Positions 9,407 to 18,600 of a DNA stretch of 64,000 nucleotides are shown here, one piece after another. The stretch spans positions 2,720,001 to 2,784,000 of the forward strand of contig CBDDIJ010000003.1 in the NCBI GenBank assembly GCA_965228855.1, written 5' to 3'. The stretch is from Candidatus Obscuribacterales bacterium (GTDB lineage: Bacteria; Cyanobacteriota; Vampirovibrionia; Obscuribacterales; Obscuribacteraceae). The notes under the pieces are model-generated. The model searched no databases, had not been told where the DNA came from, and saw nothing but the letters and a program-made list of their open reading frames with translations. The first letter of the stretch is position 1. Each line of letters opens with the position of its first letter. Position numbers and translations under genes: made by a program.

Positions 9407-12400
9407 ATGGTCAATAAAGGCGACAAATCGGCAGACGCCGACCACAACGCGAAAGCGACTTCCGTGACCGACGACGTCGGTCATGAAGACGATTCGACAT
9501 CTGACGACCAGGCACGGTTGTCCCAATCTTTGTGGGCGCGCCCGGATACGGTCGAAACAAAGACACCTGAGCCGAAAAACGCTGAGGCTGCAGACGAGCA
9601 GAAGCCGGCCGAGGGAAAACCAGAAGTTCGGCTTCCCCAGCAAACTCCGTCAAACGACACGGGCGCGGGCGGTGACCTGGTTGTTCCGTCAATCGATTCA
9701 GTTCTCACGCCTGGCGATTCGAAAGACTCGCCAGAAGCTAAAGCCAAGCTGGCAACCAGACAAGAGCAAGATGTTGAGCCGTTCCGCCGCGCCGTAGAGG
9801 AGGCCGATAAGCAGGCACCGCTTGCCCTCAAAGCCCTGACTCAGGGTCGAGAAGCGACGCTCGACTTCGTTCGAGGTTTCGTCCAAACAGACACTGCCAG
9901 CGGGAAATCGGCGGAGGGCGAGCAGTCACTCGCCAATTTAAAAGCTCAGGAGGTCAAGCAATCAGGGGACTACATAGAGTATTTGAAACCGGGAACCACC
10001 CGGGCGGATCTCGCTACGGCTCTTATTGCCAGAGGCGATGATGCTTCGGTTCGCGAGGGCGAGCAAAAATTAGTTGAAGCGGTAAAGACTCGACCCGATT
10101 TGATTTTCCATCCCAATTTCCGAGCGCAGGTGATGGACGCCTACACGAAGATGGCGCAAACCCGCAAAGATAGTGGTCTGGAGCCGTGGAAAGCAGACAT
10201 TGACCTTACGAATTTTCTATCGGATGAAACGAAAGAACGCTCCAGATGGACCGATTCAACGGGTCCGGCATTTGAAAAAGCAAACAATTCCTATTTTGAT
10301 AAAGGCGTCAAAGCGGCATTACCTGAGTTCAACGATGCGATTAAAACTGCAGACGGCATTGCGGAGCACAACAAGCCACTCATCGAAGATGAGCGGCTCA
10401 AGCTATTTATTGAAGGTTTAAAAACCGACCGCGCCATTTCTCAGGGACAGGTTACGGGTGAATCGACCACCGAGTTGGAGAAACGACGAGTCGGCATCTG
10501 GCAGAAGCAAGTCGATAATTACGTCGAAGATTCAATCGGGTCGCGGGCCCGTATGAACGTTGGTCTTGCCCTTGTCGCCAGCGGCGATCCGGAGATGCTC
10601 GCAACAGGCAAACAACATCTTCTCGAAGCTGTGTCCAAACACCCTGGATTGATCTATTCACCGGGTCTGGCTTCGTTCTCGAACGAATTCACAGAGCGGA
10701 TGTTCGGAGCTTTTAAAGCCGGAGTTGAAAACGCTCCCACAGGTTCTCCTGAAACGCCCCCCGCCACCACAGACGGTGCCGCGGTTCCAGGTTCGACGGA
10801 AAAGGTTGAAGCGGGCTATGACAAATCGAGCATTACGAACGCGCCTCTACCGGACAGCAATACGGAGAAGAAGGTCGAAGGTTATGGCTGGGACAAAGCC
10901 ACTGATATAGGGCTCCCAATCGCGACTCTCGGATTGATGTTGTATACGGGAAGGAGACAGTACAACAACTGGCAGCGCGCCAAAGCCGCAAGAGAAGCCA
11001 GCTTTGATATTGAACCGACCGAGCGCGGTGAAACGCAAAAGAATTTGTTCACGCGCCAGGACGCGACAGGCGAACAAAAATTTGAAATCAGAGGTCGAGC
11101 CAAAGACGGTCAGATCGTGGCGAAGAACGTGACTGAGAGCGTCGCGCCCCAGGAAAGTTCAAAAGCACCGATAGACTTGCCGGCCGATTTCAATCCCGCG
11201 AAGAACAAATTCGGTGAGTATCAGCCCGTCCGAGTTGACGGTCAGAAATATTTTTTGAACAAAGACGGTGAAGCATTCGAGCATCGCCAGGGCAAGCTTT
11301 ATCCCACGGACGCTGTACGGGGATTCAAGCCTCAGGAAGTGGCCGCTCAAGAACTGAAATCGTTACCAGCGGACATGCAACGCACGGCGTTTGATCTTCA
11401 TGGACGCTCTCTGACTCCGTTAGGAGCACTCGCCGACGGTCGAATCATACTGCAAAATAACACCACGGGCGGTTCGCCCATGCGGGACATGATTCAAATT
11501 CCCGAAGGAATCGACCCGTTGAAGGGTGAGTTCAAAGACTTCCAGCATCAGCGTCTTGCGGGTCGCGACTACTTCATATCGGCAGACAACAAAGTTTATA
11601 CAATGTTGCAGCCGGAGCGCAGGATGATGGAAGTCGAAGGCATTGTCGTGAAGCCCGCCGACGAGGTTTATCGAGCGACCGGCGCACCAGGATCTTCGTC
11701 GGAGGAGCGCGCGCTCAATAAAACGGTCAACGATATTCTTGAACCGCTCAGGGAAAAACTTCGCACCGGCGAATTCGTCGATGCCGCAACGAAAGCCGAC
11801 TACATGAGTCGTGCCCGCGAAGTCCTGATGCCCGTAGCCAAAGCGGCAGCAAAGGCACAGGGTCTACCGGAATCGGTCATCAGTGAGCGCAACTTCAAAT
11901 TTGGAATTATTGACGGCAGCGCAGCGCATAATGCGAGAACCGGAGAAATCACACTGAGCATCGACGGTGATTCGCATGTCACCGCCATCGATCACGAAGT
12001 AGCGCATAAAAAGCGAGCGCTAGACATGGTCGCGGCTGCTGAAGCCGATCCGCGTGGTTTTAGAGATGCAATAGTCGAACGCAGTATCAGCGAAATCGGA
12101 AGACCGGGGCGTCGTTTTACTGACACCGGAATTGATACCAGACCCGCAATCGAAGATCCAAGGGCAGTCGAGGCTCTGAAAGAAGCGGTTCAAACTGAGG
12201 TGCTGGCAAAACTGGCTGAACGAGGCGATATCAAGTTCTCTCAGGTTCCGGCGGCTAAAGAATTACCTCAAGTGCTGCTTGATTCATTCGGTGGGAGTGC
12301 GGAGCGAGTCAGACTGGAAATTCAGAGAGAGACACAAAACGTGCTCTCGCTCGAGAAACAAAACACCTGGGCGCGCACGGACCTGGACAAAGCCAGTCAG

Positions 12401-15400
12401 GATTACGTAGACAGGCGTAAAGTGGAGTTCAGGGACTGGCAGGCTCGAGGCACCGCCGATGGCGTCACGCCTTCTTTGAAAAACAATCCGGAACTGAAGT
12501 CAGCAATCGATTCAGTCGCCATCGACACACTGGCTACACACCATCGTGCCGATCCATCGTTGCGTCCCTATTATCGCTTCTCCTCCGACGAAATTGCCGC
12601 TCGCAAACAACAATCCGTGCAAGCGCTGGAGCGTCTAAGCGCAGAACTCAAGCCTCAAGGCACGGACGTCGCCAACCATCGTGAGGGGCGAAGACTCATC
12701 GAGCGTTCTCAAGTCTCGGACCTACAGCAGAAACTTTTGACCGAGCTGCAAGCCGGTAACAGCACCGGCGCAAAAGAGCAAGCTGCGGGATTACTGCAGC
12801 GAATGGCGTCTTCAGAACCAGCTCGCTACGTCGAAGACGTGCGATTCATGCAAGAGCACAACCTCATTTCAACTGAACAGATTTCAAAAACAAAATTTGC
12901 CGAACTTCTTAAGGCTCCCCATGCGGAAGGGTCGCAAGCCCTTGCCGGACTGAGAGACCGCGTCTCGGCAATGGATGAATTTACCAAAGCGGCTGGTGAA
13001 GGTGATCGAGGACTGACGCTCGACAGACTTATGAAATCTCGCAGTGAGATTTTAGGAAGCTCCAGTTTCCGAAGCGACCCGGGACAGAAAAACGTTTTCG
13101 ATTTGCTTGTCGACAAACGCGCCGAAGTTGGCATTCTGAATCGTCTCAAGAGTTCCGGAAAGATATCAGCGGCCTGGCAGGTGTTCCCTTCCGAACCAGG
13201 CTCACCGGCTGATTCGATCGGCGCTGACTACCTTCTGGTAAACACGGAAACCGGGGACGTTCACTTTCTTGATGCGACCAGGAACAAAGAGAAGGATAAC
13301 GTATACCGTCTGCGCCGCGATGGGGTTATCCAGTACGAGAACAACTACTTCGAGCAGAATTCAGGATTCATAAAAATTACCGGAACAGGAGAGCAACCTA
13401 CCGAGTCCGAACTGAAAGCAGCTGATTTTCGAGTAAGTCTCGAATCACAAATCGAATATCTGACGCGTCAAAAAGCGACCTTCAACTTAAACACTACTCC
13501 GATTCCAGACGTTGTGGCAGACAAGTCCTCGGGCGCTGCGCAACACAACAAGGAACAAGTGGAGCGTTTTGTGAATTGGGCGAAGCGAGAGGCCGCTAGT
13601 GGTGGAGATATCCACGGAGATCTTCGAGAGATGGTCGGCGTCCTGGAACGCGGAGCGTCGCAATTCACCTCCATGGCCGCGCAGGAAGTCAGAACCCCCG
13701 GATTCGAACAAGCAGTGCGGACTCGAACGTCCCGCGAGATCGCGCGGTATCTCGCCGCACAGGCGAGTGCCGGTCAAACATACGGACCGCGCCCAGACGA
13801 CCGCGTTGGCGGAGAAAGCGACGTCAAAGTGCATAAGCAGCAGATGAAACTCACCGAAGGTGGTGCCATTCACGTCTCTCCGCCTATGGACCAGTTGCTC
13901 GCCGAGGAGCTCTCTAAGCTGAGCGGCGACCCGCTCAAGATAATCACTTCGCTCAATAAGCAGGAGATCATCGCGCTCAATCCGAGTCTCTTCAACAAAC
14001 CGCCCTTCGAGGGCAAAGGAGCAAAACAGCTAAAAGCCGAGATCGAGAGAGCCTACGCCGCTGACAGACAAGGTCCCGTCGGTAAGCTCGTGGAAAGGCT
14101 GACATCCAAGCTGTACGACAAAAAGAGCGTGATTCTGAACGGTGGCGCGGAAGGCACCGGTCCAAGAGTCATCGACAATACTGTTCTCAGTGGCTTGCGC
14201 GGCACAAAAACAGACTCACTGCTTGACCGCAAACCACCACCGAAACCAGAGAAAGCCGCGCCACCGCCGGCGGAGGTTTTCGGCAAATCGCTTCCCCAAG
14301 CATCAGTTGATCTTAAGGCGACGCTCAAGGGCATCGCTGAACCCACATCGCTCGGCAATACCACAGACGCCACCGTAGCAGAGTGGATGAATGAGATGGC
14401 GAACGACCCCAAAATGACAGAGAAATGGGGACCTAAAGAGCTCGATGCCTTCAAGAAAATCGCAGAGAAATATGCTGCGGGCGACGCCGCGGCGGTCCAA
14501 CAAGTTCATGATTATTTGAAGCTGCCGGAAACCTCCCCCCAAGGGGATGGCGCAACTACCGACAGAATAACGGAACTCGCCGAATCGCCTGCAGTAGAAA
14601 TTCCGCGAGTACCCTCGCCGATCGGTCCTGAGCGAATGAATAACTTCAGAGATTTGCTCGCCGGTCTCAACAATCTGACTCACGAGCAGTTTATCAATGA
14701 AGCGACTAAAAAAGCGCAAAGTGCTCTGTCGCCGGATGTTTCCAGACCGAGCAGGCTCGCGTTTATGCAGGCTGATATCGCGACCGCAGAGGTCGATTCA
14801 TTGAAGCCAGGCGAGTCAGAACTGGTTCTAAGGAAAGGTAATGACGCTCACAAAATCGTTTCCTTCGATGCTGCAACTTCCGAGTTCGTCACCACAGACG
14901 GTGCCAGGTTTTCAGCGAAGGAGGTCAAGCTAGAGGTTCGCTTGGGCAAAGGTACATCCAATACCCAAGCGGCAAGGGAATCGCTGACTCGCGCTCACGA
15001 GCTGGCAGATTTAATGAGTGGAAAAGCCAAACAGGGCGCACAAGCCCAGGCCGAACGCAATGCAATTCGCTCTGCGTTCGAGGGCACTAGAGTCACATCC
15101 AGCGGAGACATGGCTGGAAATCACGTCGCGGATAAGGTTCTCACACTGGGAGAATTCGAGTTCCAGAGCCGAAGACAAAAGGTGGAGCTCACCACGGCCG
15201 GTGTCAAATTCGGTGGCAAGGAAACGCGTCCCTACGAGCAACTCGTCAAGGAAACTTTGCAAGACAAACGAACAGAACTCGACCGTCTGGAGAAAGAACG
15301 CGAGCGCGCCAGAGCAAGTGACGTGGCCGAGCTGCAAGAGCGCATAAATGTCTTGAAAGAGCAAACCGCAGACCTGGAACAACTGGCCAAAGACGTACAT

Positions 15401-15628
15401 AAGCCCGAAAGCGTTGCGAAATTGATGGAAGCAATTCGCCAGAAAGCGACTCCGGAAGAAATCGCTAAGCTAAGGCAAGAACAAGGGAAACCTGGAGGGC
15501 GCCTCAAGGGCGCAATCGTCAGAGGAGGCTCATACGCGCTGGTCGCGGTATTCGTAGCCGGCATGTTGGCGAACGGCAGCTCGGCTGATGCACCCACGCC
15601 GCAATATGCCCCCACGTCTGTCAGGTAA
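9407..15628 (+). CDS. Giant modular protein A (~2073 aa): internal repeats, central TM-like helix, HExxH motif, PD-(D/E)xK-like motif, conserved C-terminal module; putative effector/toxin
   Basis: 6.2 kb uninterrupted ORF. ATG at 9407 follows GGAAGA (ORF track starts at TTG 9395). HEVAH at 11993-12007; AE..D..GADYLLVN..FLDAT at 13124-13279. The C-terminal ~340 aa are homologous to those of the next ORF. Confidence 0.8.
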   Translation: MVNKGDKSADADHNAKATSVTDDVGHEDDSTSDDQARLSQSLWARPDTVETKTPEPKNAEAADEQKPAEGKPEVRLPQQTPSNDTGAGGDLVVPSIDSVLTPGDSKDSPEAKAKLATRQEQDVEPFRRAVEEADKQAPLALKALTQGREATLDFVRGFVQTDTASGKSAEGEQSLANLKAQEVKQSGDYIEYLKPGTTRADLATALIARGDDASVREGEQKLVEAVKTRPDLIFHPNFRAQVMDAYTKMAQTRKDSGLEPWKADIDLTNFLSDETKERSRWTDSTGPAFEKANNSYFDKGVKAALPEFNDAIKTADGIAEHNKPLIEDERLKLFIEGLKTDRAISQGQVTGESTTELEKRRVGIWQKQVDNYVEDSIGSRARMNVGLALVASGDPEMLATGKQHLLEAVSKHPGLIYSPGLASFSNEFTERMFGAFKAGVENAPTGSPETPPATTDGAAVPGSTEKVEAGYDKSSITNAPLPDSNTEKKVEGYGWDKATDIGLPIATLGLMLYTGRRQYNNWQRAKAAREASFDIEPTERGETQKNLFTRQDATGEQKFEIRGRAKDGQIVAKNVTESVAPQESSKAPIDLPADFNPAKNKFGEYQPVRVDGQKYFLNKDGEAFEHRQGKLYPTDAVRGFKPQEVAAQELKSLPADMQRTAFDLHGRSLTPLGALADGRIILQNNTTGGSPMRDMIQIPEGIDPLKGEFKDFQHQRLAGRDYFISADNKVYTMLQPERRMMEVEGIVVKPADEVYRATGAPGSSSEERALNKTVNDILEPLREKLRTGEFVDAATKADYMSRAREVLMPVAKAAAKAQGLPESVISERNFKFGIIDGSAAHNARTGEITLSIDGDSHVTAIDHEVAHKKRALDMVAAAEADPRGFRDAIVERSISEIGRPGRRFTDTGIDTRPAIEDPRAVEALKEAVQTEVLAKLAERGDIKFSQVPAAKELPQVLLDSFGGSAERVRLEIQRETQNVLSLEKQNTWARTDLDKASQDYVDRRKVEFRDWQARGTADGVTPSLKNNPELKSAIDSVAIDTLATHHRADPSLRPYYRFSSDEIAARKQQSVQALERLSAELKPQGTDVANHREGRRLIERSQVSDLQQKLLTELQAGNSTGAKEQAAGLLQRMASSEPARYVEDVRFMQEHNLISTEQISKTKFAELLKAPHAEGSQALAGLRDRVSAMDEFTKAAGEGDRGLTLDRLMKSRSEILGSSSFRSDPGQKNVFDLLVDKRAEVGILNRLKSSGKISAAWQVFPSEPGSPADSIGADYLLVNTETGDVHFLDATRNKEKDNVYRLRRDGVIQYENNYFEQNSGFIKITGTGEQPTESELKAADFRVSLESQIEYLTRQKATFNLNTTPIPDVVADKSSGAAQHNKEQVERFVNWAKREAASGGDIHGDLREMVGVLERGASQFTSMAAQEVRTPGFEQAVRTRTSREIARYLAAQASAGQTYGPRPDDRVGGESDVKVHKQQMKLTEGGAIHVSPPMDQLLAEELSKLSGDPLKIITSLNKQEIIALNPSLFNKPPFEGKGAKQLKAEIERAYAADRQGPVGKLVERLTSKLYDKKSVILNGGAEGTGPRVIDNTVLSGLRGTKTDSLLDRKPPPKPEKAAPPPAEVFGKSLPQASVDLKATLKGIAEPTSLGNTTDATVAEWMNEMANDPKMTEKWGPKELDAFKKIAEKYAAGDAAAVQQVHDYLKLPETSPQGDGATTDRITELAESPAVEIPRVPSPIGPERMNNFRDLLAGLNNLTHEQFINEATKKAQSALSPDVSRPSRLAFMQADIATAEVDSLKPGESELVLRKGNDAHKIVSFDAATSEFVTTDGARFSAKEVKLEVRLGKGTSNTQAARESLTRAHELADLMSGKAKQGAQAQAERNAIRSAFEGTRVTSSGDMAGNHVADKVLTLGEFEFQSRRQKVELTTAGVKFGGKETRPYEQLVKETLQDKRTELDRLEKERERARASDVAELQERINVLKEQTADLEQLAKDVHKPESVAKLMEAIRQKATPEEIAKLRQEQGKPGGRLKGAIVRGGSYALVAVFVAGMLANGSSADAPTPQYAPTSVR

Positions 15629-15631
15629 GTC

Positions 15632-18600
15632 GTGGTGGCAGACAAAGCTCAAACCACTATCCCGAATGACAATCAAGGTGACGAAGTCAAGCCGCCTGCC
15701 AATGATAATCGCGCCCGTTTTGTCGACGAATTTTTAAGCAGTCGACCGGGAACTGTCAGCGACAAAGCTGCAGCCGGAGCTGATTCCGGTGCAGTCATCC
15801 AGCCGGCTGTGGATGCGGAAACTGTAAACCGAAACCTCTCTGCTTTAGATCAAACGCTGCGAGCCAACGGTGTGGAATCAGCGCAGTTACGCGCCGTCAG
15901 AGAGCGTTTTGCACAAAAGCAAGTTGACGGCTCCTTACCGACTGATTTAGCGCCTATCAACGACATTGTTAAAGCGCTTGCGCAAAAGGGCGCTGATGGA
16001 GCGCTTCCGACCCAGACTCGAGACGTGATGCTGAGACTGATTTCAGCGAACCTCGATGAAAAAGTCGATCTTATTACTCCACAGAATTTCAAACAGAAAA
16101 CAGACCGACCAATCTTCAACCGGGAAAATCTCCAGTACGGCGAGGCAGACATAAACTGCCGCGCTTGCACTGCCTCTTACATCGTTAATGAGTCTCTGTC
16201 AGAACGAGCACTCATGCGCGAATTCGATAAGCTCTTAGAAAAGGTCGAACTCGGCAAAGGAGCCGCCTCGCGGTTAAATGTGCCTCTCGAAAATGGTCTA
16301 CCAAGAATGACCGCGACCCTCTTTCAAAAGCTACATGGAGATGCCTTTGAAGGCATTGCGGGAGAAAAGTACTCGCAAAAGGAAGTGCGAGACTTTCATT
16401 CGCAGTACAAAACAGTTCAAAAATACATTGAAAACGGTCTGCAGCAATCGGGTTTCAAAGGATCTAATCTTCCCGGCGGCGATTTAAAGCCAGGGAAGTG
16501 GCCGCCAAAAGAGCCAGGCTTCTATGTGCTTGAACACGGCTCCAGCAATACCTCTGGACAGGTGAGCGGTCACGTCACAGCCGCGTTCGTCGATAAGGAT
16601 TTACAGATTCATCGTATCGATGCACAGAATCCTAATCACAGAACCCGAGAGTGGCCAATTACGCAGATGTACAAACTGGAGCTTGGCGAGGAATCGTCAG
16701 AGCGCATCGGCAATAAAATAGATGGCAGCAAGACATATGAAGTCACGAACTCTGATAGCACCATCCGCGACATCACGATAAGCGACGGAAAAGCGATCGG
16801 CTTTACCGACGTAGACGGCAGAGAGTTTAATCGAACAGTCGAAGGAAAGTGGCAGTCAGTGGGCGGCAAGGTTGCGGAGGCGCCATTCAAGGACGTGGAG
16901 TACCTCGGCAGAACGGGAGGATTCAAGTTCACTTACGAAAATTATTCGGTGACAGAGCTTCCGGACGGTACTGCGAAACTCGACGTACAAAATCGAGCGA
17001 TCGTAAGAGACGGCAAGCCTATTATTGCCAATGGTCAGGAGGTAAAGCTCGCTGATGTCATCGATTCCATAAAACGAACCGCCCAGGGTCGTATCTTGAT
17101 CGAGTTCAAAGACAAGTCTGTAAGCATGGTCGACCCTCCAGACGCAAAACAACCGCCCGGAGAAGTTAGTAAAGTCGGTGTGACAGAGAAAACATTGTTT
17201 TTCCTCGACGGAACATCAGGCACCACAAATGGTGGCAGTCTTGATTCGCTGATCGTAAGTAAAATAAACGCGGAAGTCGAAAGAGGCTCGACGCTGGAAG
17301 CAGCTGTTTCGAAACTCACTTCGCCTGGAGTAGATGACGCAGTCGCGGAAAGACGCAGTCGCATAGCGAAAGAGGCTCAGCAAGCCAAACTTCCGTCCGA
17401 TCCGACGTCGTTGGCGGCGTACGACCGGGTTCTCAGCGAGCTCAACCTGACGGAAGGCGACATCAAGAAAGCCGGAGAAATTGTCGAACGATCGCGAAAG
17501 CATCTAGAGGCGGGTGTTCTGGTCGACAAAAAACCAGTGGATGCAAGACAAGCACTGGACCTGGCAATTTTAGAGAACATGCCCGATCCGCTAAAAGGCG
17601 ACGGGAAAAATATGCGGCTCGCTAGTGCCCAGAAAAAACTTAGAGAGTTTGGTGAGTTTCGCAGCGATTTGAACCTGCTTCGAGTTCCCGAACCGACGCT
17701 CCGTAACTTCTTACAGTCGCAAGAACTAATCGACCGCTATTCAGGTCAACTGATAAGCGCTTTCGACCAGAATCGACCGACCTCAAAAAGCTCCGCGCGC
17801 AGCAGAGATTCACGTATCGCGTACAATTTTGTAAGTAATCCGGAGCAACTCAAAGCAGCCGAAGAACTGTTGCCTAAGCTAAAACAGACTGGCGGAGATC
17901 GAATCGGCCTTGCGGACGCTTTTGCCATGGTTAATGTGCCAGGATTATCCGAAAACCCTGAACTCGCAGTAGACTTGCACATTCGCTCCGGATATATTCG
18001 AAATCAACTGTCGAATTACCGCGGATCGAACGGGCGACAGAGCTGGTCGGCGCAAGACTACCTTAAACTGGCGAAAATTCTTAAAGACGATGGAAAATCC
18101 GCAACTGCCAATATAACCGAGATAGAAAAGGCTGAACGAAAGTTAGTTGAGGACGAACGCCAGGCCAAGGCGGAGGCGGAAAAAACAGGACAGGCAGTGG
18201 AGGTGAAAGACGCCACTGCGAAATCCGACTCCAGCCAGGCAACTCCAACCAGGCAGAGCGCACCGTCGGAGCCACCATTAGAAGCCTCCCGCATCATGAT
18301 GTTCAAATCGAAAATTGCAGGACTGGAAGATATGCCTGCTGGTGAGCGTCTGGCAAAATGCTTGTCAGCTGCGCAAGAGACTCTATTCAACGATGTGGCT
18401 CGCAATAACAGATTGATATTTAAGGCCACCAAGCTTCAAGCCTCGGAGACGGACGCGTTGAAACCGGGAGAGTCGCAATTAACGTTTTCTAAAAACGGGA
18501 AGCCACTGAATGTAGTATCACTAGACTCAACAGGACTACCAGCATACATCACCGCTGATGGTACCAAAATCCCGGTTTCCGAATGTACCGTGGAAATCAA

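Noticed and set aside
15626..15634. Possible stop-codon readthrough or a nonsense mutation splitting one gene into A and B
   Set aside because: Each ORF has its own complete copy of the C-terminal module and its own similar N-terminus, so they are two paralogous genes.
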